Positions 1 to 13,237 of a DNA stretch of 64,000 nt are shown here, piece by piece. Made by a program: the position numbers and the translations under genes. The notes below the pieces were generated by a model. The model saw only the letters and a list, made by a program, of their open reading frames with translations, did no database searches and was not told the origin of the DNA. Position 1 is the first letter of the stretch. Each line of letters starts with the position of its first letter. This DNA comes from Octopus bimaculoides (Eukaryota): the NCBI RefSeq assembly GCF_001194135.2, contig NC_068982.1, positions 13,236,918-13,300,917 on the forward strand, written 5' to 3'.

Positions 1-147
1 GGAGAAAAACACGGAGAAAAAAAATTGAATAGTGTTCAGTCAACGGTCAATCATATATATATATATATATATACATATATATGTATTTATGGACATATGT
101 GTGTGTGGACATATGTTTGTGTGTATGTGTGTGTCTCTCTATATATA

Positions 148-335
148 GGAACACTCCGTTGATTACAACGACAAAGGTGCCAGCTGATACAATCAACGGA
201 ACAGCTTGCTCGTGAATTTAACGTGCAAGTGGCTGAAAACCCCACGGACACGTGTACCCTTAACGTAGTTCTTAGGGAGATTCAGCATGATACATAGAGT
301 GACAAGGCTGGCCCTTTGAAATACAGGTACTACTA
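148..335 (-). mobile_element. 3' half of tRNA-derived SINE, family D-related
   Basis: Reverse complement matches the body of the family D copies at 4274-4658 and 22243-22625 (cacgtgtacccttaacgtagttc, caacggaacagc..gctcgtgaa). Confidence 0.7.
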
Positions 336-583
336 ATTTTTGCCAGATGACTGGACTGGAGCAATGGGAAATAAAGTGTCTTGCTCAAGGACACAATGTG
401 TTACCAAGAATTGAATTCATGACCTTACAATTGCAAGTCAAATGGGAAAGGCTCGCAGTGGGACTGAACCTGGAAGTGGCACCATGGGCAAGTGTCTTCT
501 ACTATAGCGTCAGGCCTTTCCCATTTCGCCCGGTGTGCTAATGTTTCTGCCAGCTCACCACCTTTAGCCGGTTCAATACTCTA

Positions 584-793
584 TTCTACTCTAAGCACAA
601 GGCCCGAAATTTTTGAGGAGGGGCCAGGAGATTAGATCGATCCCCACTACACAACTCGTAATTATTTTATTGACCCCAAAATATGAAAGGCAAATTCGAA
701 CCTGGTGGAATTTGAACTCAGAACATAAAGACAGATGAAATACCACAAAGCATTTCACCCAGCATGCTAATGTTTCTGCCACGTCACCGCCTT
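584..793 (-). mobile_element. SINE family B (tRNA-like head, B-box-like gagttcaaattcc)
   Basis: Recurrent ~210-bp unit. Other full or partial copies at ~1143-1429, 2223-2395, 13480-13695, 14660-14895, 18020-18165, 22700-22915, 39255-39460, 39765-39985, 43375-43555, 43622-43960, 50410-50645. Confidence 0.8.
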
Positions 794-1019
794 CAAAATT
801 GGATGTTATATTCAAACACTGATTACTGTCTTCTTTACCACAAGGGAACATCTCATATGGACTTGTGCATAAAAGCACCCTTGCTTATATCACTGGCAGA
901 TGATAACCATCCACTGTAGTTGCTGGAACTTCCAGATCATGATTTTGCCCTTCCTTGGGTTTCTTTCTTAATGGCAGATATCTTGCTAGACATAGCAGCC
1001 AATGCCCCACCTCAGTGAT

Positions 1020-1130
1020 ATATAGAATCATGATGTCTCTTCAGACACTGATGTTGAAAATAGCAAGTGGGGTTATTAAAAAATAGTTACTGGTACCAGA
1101 AGCAGGACTGATACCAAATGGTAACCTTGA
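1020..1130 (-). mobile_element. Possible Ty3/Gypsy RT relic
   Basis: Minus frame reads RLPFGISPAS...V*RDIMI. This resembles Gypsy RT RLPFGISSAP...YxDDII with near-correct spacing (~30 aa). It has a stop and is otherwise degenerate. Confidence 0.35.
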
Positions 1131-1630
1131 TCTTCCCTTAAGAGTGAAAGTCGACCTTGGCGGAATTTGAACTCAGAACATAACGGCAGGCGAAATACTG
1201 CTAAGCATTTCGCAAGGCATGCTAACAATTCTTTTCTACTCTAGGCACAAGGCCTGAAATTCTTGGAGAGGGTGTCAGTCGATTAGATTGACCCCAGAAT
1301 GCAACTGGTATTTAATTTATGAAAGACAAAGCTGACCTCTGTGGAATTTGAACTCAGAACATAACAGCAGACGAAATGCCGCTAAGCATTTCGCCTGGCA
1401 TGCTAACGATTCCACCAGCTTGCTGCCTTAGTGGAAGATAAATATTACTTTTTGATATGAATTCTGCTTCTGTCACTATTAATTAAACTCTATTATTATT
1501 TTCAGGAACTGCTATTGTAAAAGCAAAGTTCATCTCTTGAAATGGTAAACAATTTGTATATCGGTTTCCTTCCTTTCATTCTGGTTGCTAATATTTTGAT
1601 ATTTATTTTGACTTATCTCAACTTGTATTC

Positions 1631-1637
<7 letters not shown>

Positions 1638-1673
<36 letters not shown>

Positions 1674-1960
1674 ATTGTGTGTGTGTGTGCGTGTATGTGT
1701 GTGTGCGTGTATGTGTGTGTATGTGTGTATGTTTGAGTGTGTGTGTATGTGTATGAGTGTGCATATATGTGTATGAGTGTGTATGTGTGTGTGTGTTTGT
1801 GTGTGTTTGTGTGTGTGTACATGTATGTGTGTATTTGTGTGTGTGTATGTTTGTGTGTATATATATGTGTGTATGTGTGTGTATGTGTGTATTTGTGTGT
1901 GTATCTGTGTATGTATATGTGTGTGTATGTGTGTGCGTAAATGTATGTATGTGTGTGTAA
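1638..1960. repeat. Compound (GT)n/(GTAT)n microsatellite
   Basis: Directly visible; source of several spurious VC-rich ORFs. Confidence 0.95.
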
Positions 1961-2479
1961 GTTGACGTATATACGTTTGTAGATTTGCTTTTACCTCTAC
2001 AATATTGTAGATGTCACTGTGATCTGGCTCCTAACTCACCTTCTGCTGACCATCATAAACTCACACCCTAATATACACTGTTATTCCATTCAGGAACTAT
2101 CGCTGTCTAAAATACAATATTGATTTCATGAAAAAGCACACAATTATTGGAACATTTTCCTATTTATTTTTATTCACATCTATTTCAACTTGTATTCAAT
2201 GCTTTACATACGTGTGTGTGTATTCTTTTCCACTCTAGGCACAAGGCCCGAAATTTTGGGAGAGGGGGCCAGTCGATTAGATCAACCCCAGTATGCAACT
2301 GGTGCTTTATTTATTGACCCAGAAAGGATGAAAGGCGAAGTTGACCTCAGCGGAATTTGAACTCAGAATGTAAAGACAGATGACATACCGTTAATTATTG
2401 TGCTTTTACTTATTAATTTTTCTATATGTGACAGTGGATTTTCAGCGATGAGTTAATGAACCTTGGTTCTTTTCCCTAA

Positions 2480-2524
<45 letters not shown>

Positions 2525-2534
2525 CATATATATA

Positions 2535-3000
2535 AAGAAGTGCCGATCTCTAACTGAGGAAAGAACCTGTGGTAGAAGTATACCCAGGTAAACATGGGAC
2601 GAGGTGGTGAAGCATGATCTTTGAACTCTGAGCCTCACAGAGGTAAAATGGCTGAGTTCCTTTTGACTGTTGGGCCTCATGGAGGCAATGAACAAGACCT
2701 TTGGTATTATACCATGCTTGAGAAGAAGACCCATCAAGCTGAGCAAAATTACAGTCATGGCATATACTGGTGTCACACAAATTAGCACCCATGCCAGTGG
2801 CACATAAATGCACCCCGGTCTCATGCAAAGGCACCCATGCCAGTGGCACGTAAAAACACCCGTTAGACTCTCAGAGTGGTTGGCATTAGGAAGGGCATCC
2901 AGCCGTAGAAACCATGCCAAATCAGACAGCAGTCTGGTGCAGCCTTCCAGCATGCCAACCCATGCCAGCATGGAAAATGGACGTTAAATGATGATGATGA
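2535..3000 (+). mobile_element. RTE-type LINE 3' end: RT C-terminus, 3' UTR and (GAT)n tail
   Basis: Translates KKCRSLTEERTCGRSIPR*TWDEVVKHDL*TL (RTE-like GRGRPRKTW motif), then runs into the recurrent UTR ending gacgttaaatgatgatgatg. Confidence 0.8.
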
Positions 3001-3054
3001 TATATGTACATATATGTGCGTGTGTGTGTGCATATATGCATACATACAATACTC

Positions 3055-3089
<35 letters not shown>

Positions 3090-4158
3090 CAGGCTTCTGT
3101 ACAGTTTCTTTCTACCATATTCTATTCACCGGGTATTCATCAATGCAAAGCTATGGTTAAAGATTCTTGCTCCTGGTGCTGCGCAGTAGGATTGAACACA
3201 GGACTAACACAGCTGCAAGTCAAAATTATTAACTACATGACTTTGCCAGCACATATACTGACGCTTTAAAAAGAATAAATGTCAAAAAATATTTTAAAAC
3301 CAGAAATTGTTTTATAAAGCAATTGACTAAGATCTGTATGAATTTTAAATCTTTGCACAATTGCCTTGTTAAAATAGTAACATGTCCATTAAATGCATAG
3401 CTAAGCACTTAGCAATCACTCTACAAATATTAGGTCTCTTCTTAATGTGTCAGAACATTAATGAACAAAATATTTTGTATAATTATCAATAGGACTGACT
3501 GTCTTTGTAAATTTACTAAAGCTTAACCAATATTAATGGAATGATAACTGTTAAAGCTGTAGCCACTATGCTAGTATAACTAATCTATCAAATATATTAG
3601 CAATCAGATGACAGAAATGGTGTTAAAGCTATCAAATAATTTATCAATTAGGTAATATCAATAATTTGTAAGTGATGGTCTACTGTTGAGGCATCCACAT
3701 CACTGCTAGAGTCATTAGTGATGTAATTGAAACAGTTCCAATTGGGAATTGAAACTGAAACATGGATTCCACCTGCCTGTATCTTACTGTTACGAAATTA
3801 ACCATAATCAATATAGAGATTAGTTTCTAGCGACCACTGGAAAGCTGAAAATATTTTCATTGTTCTTTGAAATAAATGGCATCAAATTAATACAAGTGTG
3901 TTTACGCCAATGTTTAAGTAGTTCTGAAATAGAACAAGAAAGGTTGCTTAGCAGTAAAGCCTGATATTTCAGACAATACTGTCACTGTTTAGCTCCAGTT
4001 CAACCGTAACTGAGCAAAGCAATGATCAATGGCAATCCAGCCATGACCATCTGATGCATTTTGGCAGTAACTAAGACTATATTATCTTACACATGTTTTT
4101 CCTATATTTTGAAATAGAGGAGTATGCAATTTCTAGCATATCAAATAACCATATAGAG

Positions 4159-4816
4159 CAGAGGTTCTCAACTATTCTTTTTGCTTATGGATCCCGTTGA
4201 TTTCTATTTTACTCAGTAGAACCCCCATAGCATTTTACTGTACGTGAAATGATCCTACTGTATTTTTATAATCGTGGAGGCACAATGGCTCAGTGGTTAG
4301 GGCAGCGGATTCGCGGTCATAGGATCGCGGTTTCGATTCCCAGACCGGCCGTTGTGAGTGCTTATTGAGCGAAAACACCTAAAGCTCTATGAGGCTCCAG
4401 CAGGGGATGGTGGCGAACCCTGCTGTACTCTTTCACCTCAACTTTCTCTCACTCTTTCTTCCTGTTTCTGTTGTGCCTGTAATTCAAAGGGTCAGCCTTG
4501 TCACACTGTGTCATGCTGAATCTCCCTGAGAACTACGTTAAGGGTACACATGTCTGTGGAGTGCTCAGCCACTTGCACGTTAATTTCACGAGCAGGCTGT
4601 TCCGTTGATTGGATCAACTGGAACCCTTAACGTCGTAAGTGACGGAGTGCCAACAACAATTTTTGTAATCAAATATTATTAGGAATTGTATGAAAAAATT
4701 AAAATATTTTATGTACTGTAGAAGTATGACTGATTTATTACATGAAAGCTTTAACTATAAAATCTTATATGCACTTCCCCACCAAGGCCCGTATGGACTA
4801 CTGTTGAGAGTCACTG
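4159..4816. mobile_element. hAT-type MITE interrupted by a SINE
   Basis: TIRs cagaggttctcaac (4159-4172) and gttgagagtcactg (4803-4816). Flanking 8-mers atatagag/atgtagaa match 6/8, consistent with an 8-bp hAT TSD. Confidence 0.7.
4274..4658 (+). mobile_element. Full-length tRNA-derived SINE family D
   Basis: A box tggctcagtgg, B box ggtttcgattccc, (caa)n tail. TSD atttttataatc/atttttgtaatc (4262-4273 and 4659-4670). Confidence 0.88.
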
Positions 4817-6027
4817 ATGTAGAATTTTCCTCATTTGGTTAACCACCCCTTGACTTGTAACACAACAACACTCAAAAATGTTAACAGCAACCTTTTATTA
4901 TTGAAATTAAAAAGAATCTGTAGATGGTCTGATGAGCTAGTCTTACTAGGATAGCATGTTACAAACTGAAAGACAAATTATTTGTTTTTCCATTACACTT
5001 GCTCTTATTATATTCGTTTTCATGATACAAATAGTTACCAATAGAAGATATGGTTTACTTCTGTAAGAAACATGCTGAATATATAACACTCAGTACCTTG
5101 TTAAGTTGCAATTTCTGAACAGAAATTTTTCCATGAACAACTAGAAAGGAAATAGCATTACTATCCAATTGCATTACTATTCAAAACAGCATCCAAATAT
5201 CCATAACAGTGAATAAATATCATTCCAACAATTGTCCTTGGACTTGCAGAAACAATGACTTCATTCATTCTGATGAGGTGGAATAAATAGCTGGGCTATA
5301 ATGAGTTAAATTGTGAGATTCTTGAATCTAGTTAAAATTCAACATGAAAAAATGCCTTTAGTACAATAATCTGCAGTGTTATTGTAATAACTTTACATAT
5401 AATTGTTTCAGCTACTAATTAGGTTTATCAGAGCTTAACTTTAGCCAATATGATTATGTATAAAGGACATCAGAGAGAAAATGATAAAATCTCTTCAATA
5501 AACCACAACAATAACATTAATGATATTCAGAGATGAAATACACGAGGAAGATGATTATGAAGCTAATTAATGAGATGAAATTAAACATATTTCTATTCAG
5601 AATGTTAGCATAACAACAATATAAATTTCATTTATAATAAATTGAACAGCAGATATTATAAAAACAAAACAAAAAAAAAAGGCAGGTAATACAAGACAGG
5701 TTGCTGTAGTAACAGTAAATGTACACAAGCTGCAGTGCATCAGAACTCTCTGTATGAAAAGTGTCATTTCACAAGATCAGTACGTTTATCCATTTGCAAT
5801 AAGCCTTTCAACACTTGGTGTTAAAGCCTGCATTCTGTACAGTGGCTTTTCTGTAACTGGCAATCAGAATTTGGGACAAAATTACAGAGACTGTTGTTAG
5901 AGAGGTCATGGCTGAGGTTTAGGCTTTCGAGGTTCAAGTGTTCAAATACCTTTTATCACTTTCACCATTGAAATTACTCTGAACAAGTGGAGTTGTACGG
6001 CTTAGGTGGAGGTACGTGGTTTAGGTG

Positions 6028-6300
6028 GAGGCACATAGCTTAGTGGTTTGGGTGTTGGACTCATGGTCTCAAGACTGTGGTTTCAATTCCTAAACGAAGT
6101 GATTCATTGTGTTTTTGAGCAATACACCTCATTTCAATTTGCCCAAATCTTCACCACTTGCAAAGGTGAGTTATTCTGTGACAGATTGGTGTTCCTTTCA
6201 GCAGGAAATATGTGCATCACAGAAACTGAAAAACCAGCCCTGTGAGTCTGTATGACCCAGGAAGGATTAGTGATTGGCTCTTAGGAAACTTATAACCAAT
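6028..6300 (+). mobile_element. Degenerate tRNA-headed SINE
   Basis: Head ggaggcacatagcttagtgg...ggtttcaattcc, followed by tgtgtttttgagcaatacac, similar to families E/F/G. Confidence 0.5.
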
Positions 6301-6861
6301 TTGTTTACAAATGCATGGCATATACAAAAATAATAAAACAAATAGAATGAAAAGAATTTGGTAATAATAAAAAGGATTCTAAACTTAAAGATAGTTATTG
6401 ATGAAGATAAATTATTGTAGTACTTTCAAATTTGAAGAAAGTTTGAAGCAATGTTGCTGCTTCATTATCTTTGAGCTATTTTAATATGAGGACCAATTAG
6501 TTTAATGCTTTGCATAAAGAAAGAGATAACTAATCTAAATAATAAAGGTTAATTTGTCTCAGATGGGAGATAGGTATGATCCATTTATAGATCACCAATA
6601 TTGAAATATGCTAATATCTTTTGTAACATTATTCAGCTAAACGTCAAGCTAACGAGGAGTATTTTATGTGGTCACTTGTCCTGCTAGAAATAATGACCGA
6701 ATCTCTTTGAAATTGCTTTTTTGATAGGAAAAGGATTTAGTCGTTAATAAAGTCCTATGCACCACTGAAAATGTGAGGCAGTCATGGGTCGAATGATCTT
6801 TATTATAGGTTTCTTAAATCAGTGCTGACTTACGACTAAATAGTAAAAACAACAACTAGAT

Positions 6862-7200
6862 ATCATCATCATCATCATCGTCGTTTAACGTCCGCTTTCT
6901 ATGCTAGCATGGGTTGGACAAATTGACTGAGGACTGGTGGACCAGGAGGCGACACCAGGCTCCAATCTGATTTGGCAGAGTTTCTACTGCTGGATGCCCT
7001 TCCTAACGCCAACTACTCTGAGAGTGTAGTGGATGCTTTTACGTGTCACCGGCACGAAGGCCAGTCAGGTGGTACTGGCGATGGCCACACTCAAAAGGGT
7101 ATATTTTACGTGCTACCTACACTGGAGCCAGTCCATCGGCACTGGCAACGATCTCGCTCGAGTGTCTTTTCACATGCCACTGGCACAAGTGCCAGAAGGC
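6862..7200 (-). mobile_element. RTE LINE 3' UTR fragment (family C)
   Basis: (cat)n cgtttaacgtccgctttc... matches the reverse complement of the 2.75-3.0 kb UTR. Other copies at ~10790-11025, 24560-25065, 29345-29635, 30040-30178, 34525-34800, 42356-42560, 42618-42845, 45405-45670, 49420-49632, 51258-51600, 51715-51920, 52230-52512, 56095-56585, 61080-61250. Confidence 0.8.
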
Positions 7201-7826
7201 GAAAAGTACTAAAATTACCCTTGATGATAAAATATAAAAGAGTGGAGAGAAATGAGTCTAGAAGGATCTATTTCGGGAGATCTGAAGGTCAAAAGTTTTA
7301 ACTGATGATGAAAGACCTGAATAAATAATTAAGAAAACTAAAATGATATATGTTATTAATATGAATAATGTACCTAGAAAAATAATGGCAAAGTGCAAAA
7401 TTTAGATAAAAACAAAAGGAAGAAGGTAGGAGGGAGGAGAACAATAACTATTTCTGATGTAGCAATTATTCTCTCTTGTTTTGATACTGGATTAGACAAT
7501 TAATGATGCAAAGGAAAGGGAAGCGAGATTAGGTAAAAAGAAGCTGCAGAAAGAATGGCATTTGATTAATAATTGTAATTATGATAATTAACATTATCAG
7601 TTATTCTGTTTCAAAGATACTCTTCAAGGATAGATTATGAACTTAGATTGAAATAATGCAACAGATATGATAAACTAAAATGTAAATTGAGGATGAAAAA
7701 GAAATATCCATTAATTAAGGCCGAGTCTTAATGAAATGCAGATTTCTGAATTATAGAAATATAATTTGGTTGTCAACAATTCAGTTTGAAAAATACTTTT
7801 GCTCTTTTCTCTATTCAATGCTTCCA

Positions 7827-7866
<40 letters not shown>

Positions 7867-9509
7867 NNNNNNNNNNNNNNNNNNNNNNNNNNNNNNNNNN
7901 NNNNNNNNNNNNNNNNNNNNNNNNNNNNNNNNNNNNNNNNNNNNNNNNNNNNNNNNNNNNNNNNNNNNNNNNNNNNNNNNNNNNNNNNNNNNNNNNNNNN
8001 NNNNNNNNNNNNNNNNNNNNNNNNNNNNNNNNNNNNNNNNNNNNNNNNNNNNNNNNNNNNNNNNNNNNNNNNNNNNNNNNNNNNNNNNNNNNNNNNNNNN
8101 NNNNNNNNNNNNNNNNNNNNNNNNNNNNNNNNNNNNNNNNNNNNNNNNNNNNNNNNNNNNNNNNNNNNNNNNNNNNNNNNNNNNNNNNNNNNNNNNNNNN
8201 NNNNNNNNNNNNNNNNNNNNNNNNNNNNNNNNNNNNNNNNNNNNNNNNNNNNNNNNNNNNNNNNNNNNNNNNNNNNNNNNNNNNNNNNNNNNNNNNNNNN
8301 NNNNNNNNNNNNNNNNNNNNNNNNNNNNNNNNNNNNNNNNNNNNNNNNNNNNNNNNNNNNNNNNNNNNNNNNNNNNNNNNNNNNNNNNNNNNNNNNNNNN
8401 NNNNNNNNNNNNNNNNNNNNNTGTATAAATATATCAAATTAAGAATTCTACGAGGTATAGTACAATGCAAAATACCAAACGGAACCTCACCTCTTATATC
8501 TCATCTTTCTTCCTCCTTTAACTTCTATGTGATATAATTCTTGGGAGAGAATACATTTGCAGCTGAAGATAGCTTTATATTGTCAATTATACACTGATGT
8601 AACAACTATAAAGCTTGAAACACGTGTACCGCAGAATCCTTTGTGTTTTTGTTTTTATTTTTGCATTTACAATTTATATATATATATATGTGTGTGTGTG
8701 TATACATATACACGTAACATATATACATATAAAGCCAGGAGATCTCAGAAGTGAGTATATATATTTATTTAACCACATGACTTCCATAGGATTACAGCTG
8801 TTTCACAACCTTCTTCATGTAATATTAATTTCATTATGCAAAAAAATTATGCGTACAAGCTTGCATTATGTATGCTCAGCATTACACAACACAATTAAAT
8901 ATTTTCAGATCAATGCAAACAAAGAAAGCTAACTCATCAGATCAATGGAACATCAGGGTGAACATATGTATACATATGCTTCCGTGTACATGTTTCTATG
9001 TATGCATGTATGTATATGTATTCTGTCTAATTCCGATTTATGTGCTGAAAAACATATTGAGGTGTGGCTAATATGTAAGTAAAATTCTTGAAAGTTCAAA
9101 TATTTCTTGTGATGTTTTCATAACCTTGTTGACTTCCTATAAAAGTTTATTGTCATTGAACACAGTTTCTTGGCATTAGTTTGACCCCTCAGTCTTTATG
9201 CATTCATTCATGAATTCTGTAGAATTTTCACTTCATCAGTCGTTTTGTCCCCCCACTTACCCATCTGTGTAATTACTTTGGTAAAAATACTTTTATATTA
9301 TTTGCTTATATTTTTATATATTTTATGTTATTTTATATTTTACTCAGTATATTATCTTTATGTTATTTCTTGTTTGCTTATTATTATCTTGTTTAACCCT
9401 TTCGATACCAACCTGCCTGAAACCACCTCTGGTACTGTAGTACTGTAGTCTTAGAAAATTACTACTTGTAAATCTGAAAATGAGAGATATTCAGCAACAG
9501 TACTTTGGA

Positions 9510-9650
9510 GTAAAGATTATTTGCCAACATAACATGGCAGTCCTGGCTTAGGATGAATGTTGCTGTAATTTAGCCTCAGGAGACACCGTCTCCAGCTGGC
9601 AATATGACATGATCTGTGTCCTTATATTTTCGAAAATACTTTACTCTATA
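9510..9650. repeat. Monomeric copy of the repeat that forms the 15.5-kb palindrome
   Basis: ttgccaacataacatggcagtcct...gaatgttgctgtaatttagcctcaggagacacc...gtgtccttatattttcg aligns with the palindrome arm and its spacer. Confidence 0.55.
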
Positions 9651-11504
9651 CTGTTTTCTCTGCCATCGTTTTCTCTCTCATCCTTTCTCTAATTCCCATT
9701 TTTCTCCCCTTCAATGTTTTCTATGTGTGTCTCTCTCTCACTCCCTCTTTCTCCTGTTCTCTCTTTCTCGTTGCTCACATGTGACCATCATCCTTCTTTC
9801 TTTTTCTCACATGATCATCTCTTTCAGGACTGTCCCAATGACTGGATGTGTCTTATCTCTCTCTTCTATCTTTTCTCTTTTCGAAGAAAATATTTCTCCA
9901 GCATTTGCTATTTTACCTTCGTTCTGGTCTAATGACCCTCCTTATTTCTTTTTGTTTGGTTTCCTTGTATGTCTCCACTGTCCTGTTTTTGTTCCCAACT
10001 TTCACCCTCCATAAAATCCAAATTTTGTTTTGATACTTATGGGAGCAACTGTCTTCGAAGACTCATTTTGTCGTTCACTGCTCGAAATGAGGAGTAGACA
10101 GACAGCCGACAACTGATGAAGGCTGGTTCTTTGTATTACTTGTCCTGTTTTCCATTTGTTTTTCTCATTGTTTGCGTATTGAACTCATTTGTTTTTGTAT
10201 TTCATGTTGTTTACCATGGGTGACGTCCTATATATATATATATATATAATATAATATAGGATAAAATCTTTATAAGAATTTATCAAGTAGTCAGCGTGAA
10301 AAAACCCCATAAGGAAAAAACCCATCGTTTTTTCCCATAAATATATATAATTTATATAAGGGCATTAACTATATAGTAATGCTTCACGCTTAGAGGGACT
10401 AAATAAGTCAAAAACTACCAAAAAATAAGCAACATATTTACCGAAAGCGAGGAAAATGCAACTTTCAAAAATTAACCTCCTAAAAACATTTAACTTAACG
10501 GCAAAGCACTGGTTTCTCAATTAATACACACACATATNNNNNNNNNNNNNNNNNNNNNNNNNNNNNNNNNNNNNNNNNNNNNNNNNNNNNNNNNNNNNNN
10601 NNNNNNNNNNNNNNAGGAGGCAGTCAGAAATTTGGATAATTCTTTATTAACACTTTCAAAATAAAGAATTAACTAAAATTCTGTCTGCCTCCTTTTTCTC
10701 AATATACAATATCTGTACACCACTTCAAACACACACACACACACACACACTCTCTCTCTCTCTGTACACATATATATTGTTAGGCCATGTAAAAAGCACC
10801 TGTGCTGACGCCATGTTAGAAGCACCCATGCTGGTGCAACATAAAAAGCACCCAGTACACTCTGTAAATTTGTTGGCATTAGGAAAGGCATCCAGCTATA
10901 GAAACCATGTGAAAACAGACAACTGGAGCTTGCTGCAGACCTCTGGCTTGCCAGTTTCCTGTCAAAACTATCCAACCTATGCCAGCTTGGAAAATGGACA
11001 TTAAACAATAACGATGATGATGATGGTAGCATTAAGAAAATATACTCATCATATTGGTTAGCAACATTATGTAACGGTATAAATAAGCAAGAAATATAAA
11101 CACATATCAAGTAGTGTGTTACAGTAGCCTGATACCTATGCAAGAAAAAAGAAAAATTAATCTGAAAATGTTTATTATTGGATAACTCTTTCTATTTTAA
11201 CAAATAAATACCCAAGTTTTGTACAGGAGTGCTTCACAATGATAGGTTAAGAAACACGAAGGTCTATAAATACCATTAGTTATTAATCTCTTTTCTGTGT
11301 TATGCCCAGCGGAAACAATCTATTCAGATTAATGCAGTTGAATATTTGCTAGATGCAATAATTCTTTTCTCTTTCTCCTTTCTCTCTTTCTCTCCTGTCA
11401 TATTTTCTCTTCATCTTTCGTTTGTGTAGACTTTCTTCACCATCTTTTGTAATTATTTCTGTATGTAGATTAAGGAATAAATATACATGATAAAGTATTG
11501 GTAT

Positions 11505-11561
11505 TTATATGCATGCATGTATGTATGTATGTATGCATGTATGTATGTATGCATGTATGCA

Positions 11562-11607
<46 letters not shown>

Positions 11608-11684
11608 ATACATACAATGAAACTTACTAATATGCAAATACTTGCAATATTGCAATATGCATGCATATATACATACATACACAC

Positions 11685-11739
<55 letters not shown>

Positions 11740-11784
11740 CATACACATACAAACATACATACAAACATACATACATATATATAC

Positions 11785-11828
<44 letters not shown>

Positions 11829-11941
11829 CATATATGCATGTGTGTTTATGTATACATATATTATACACACACACACACACACACATATATGTATGTATAT
11901 ATGTATCTGTCTATCTATCTCTCTCTCTCTCTCTCTCTCTT

Positions 11942-11970
<29 letters not shown>
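11505..11970. repeat. Compound (ATGT)n/(TA)n/(CA)n/(CT)n microsatellite
   Basis: Directly visible. Confidence 0.95.
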
Positions 11971-11975
<5 letters not shown>

Positions 11976-12329
11976 GTTGGTTGTAGAGAAGTTTCTTTCA
12001 AATTGAAAAATTCAATATATCTACTACACAACAGTATAGTAAGTTATGTTGAATCCCCTTGAAATATCAATCAAAACTGTCCAACGAACAGGAACATGAA
12101 ACTCTGAGTAGCAGTGTTTTGTGATATTTTTCTGATGTTTTTGCAACTTTAATAATAAAGTATAAATATATATATATGTGAGTGTGTGTGTGTGTATATA
12201 TGCATGTGTGTATTCACGCCACCATGTTGGTATTGTGAGAATTATATTCTGTGTTTTGTTGGCATATTTTCAACAAGTCATAATGCTCTGCAGTTTAATT
12301 TTCCTGCTCATCTGTCATGTAAAATTCCA

Positions 12330-12575
12330 TGAGTGCAATAAATCACAAGACGACAAAATAGAGATCGTGTCACTTGTGCTGGAGAGCTGGTGAAACTTGT
12401 TGATGTATTGATTAACCGAAGATAAAAGATTGGTCTATCATTATGATCAAGAGAACATCAAACAATCTAGAGAATGAAAATGGTTTACGATTCCTTGACC
12501 AAAATCATAAAAAGCAGCAAAATCTACTCAGAAAATCATGATAGAAGTGCTCTGGAATTGGAAAGCCGTTTTCTC
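12330..12575 (+). mobile_element. Mariner transposase relic (start of the DD34D domain)
   Basis: Frameshifted translation RVTCAGEL.../LTEDKRLVYHYDQENIKQSRE*KWFTIP*PKS*KAAKSTQKIMIEVLW resembles mariner ITGDETWVYHYDPE..QS.EW....P.PK..K...S..K.M..V.W. Confidence 0.75.
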
Positions 12576-13008
12576 AGTAAAATTCTTGCTGTCACCCATT
12601 CCATATCAGTAAGAGAGCCTTTATGCTGTCATTCTTATTTACTTCCTTCAGTTGTCATTTGTTGCGACTGTAACAGCTCTTGGCTTTGGCATGACTTGAT
12701 AAGCTTTCTCCATACCTGTCTGCCTTTCATTTGAGTTTGCCATTTATTATGATCAATTCCTTTCCCTTTCATGTACCTTTTTGCAGCGTCTTTGAATCTC
12801 TCAGTCTAGGTCTTCTGTGATTTTTTTTTCCGTTTGTTTTTTTTCCCTTAGTTGGGAATAAAGAAATTGTCTGTGGAGTCTGCTGTTGTCCATCCTGTGT
12901 GCATGTTATACACCTTACTATTAATAACTACAAATTCTCCATCTCCCTCCAAATCATAAAAAAGTGGCAAGATGCACTGGATAATGCGATTATGTAGTAG
13001 TTGATACA

Positions 13009-13237
13009 TTGGGTTGTCCGGAAAGTTCGTGCTGATTTATAGTAGCTTACCTTTCGACTTATTTGGCCATGAAACCACCTCAATTCTGGAAAGAAGGTAT
13101 TTTCAAGTTAAAGGCAAGATGGAGACGCATTGTGCAACAAAATGGTTCATATTTGGTTGATTAAAAATGTAAGGGCAAGTATTTATTAACCTTTTTCTTT
13201 TCCTTAAAAATCAGCAGGAACTTTCTGGACAGCCCAA
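13009..13237 (+). mobile_element. Internally deleted mariner element (MITE-like)
   Basis: 30-bp TIRs ttgggttgtccggaaagttcgtgctgattt and aaatcagcaggaactttctggacagcccaa, with TA on the right flank. The interior 13069-13164 encodes KPPQFWKEGIFKLKARWRRIVQQNGSYLVD*, a mariner C-terminus. Confidence 0.9.

Noticed and set aside
1542-1965. VC-, YI-, HT-, poly-I/L/N/M-rich ORFs throughout the window
   Set aside because: Translations of di- and trinucleotide microsatellites.
4274-4345. tRNA-like sequences at SINE heads
   Set aside because: They have A/B boxes but no complete cloverleaf or acceptor stem, and continue into SINE bodies.
4927-4975. ctgatgag followed by a distant gaaa (also 5269 and 10112)
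   Set aside because: No stem II closing onto GAAA and no stem I/III.
7731-8537. Long ORFs through N gaps (also ~16.3, 26.2, 28.2, 33.3, 41.8, 47.2, 50.6, 59.8 and 63.0 kb)
   Set aside because: Open only because N codons cannot be stops.
8588-8632. ctgatgt...gaaacacgtgta HHR-like string; also ~9200-9245 and ~21360-21390 on the minus strand
   Set aside because: The core is incomplete and the stems do not pair; at most heavily decayed relics.
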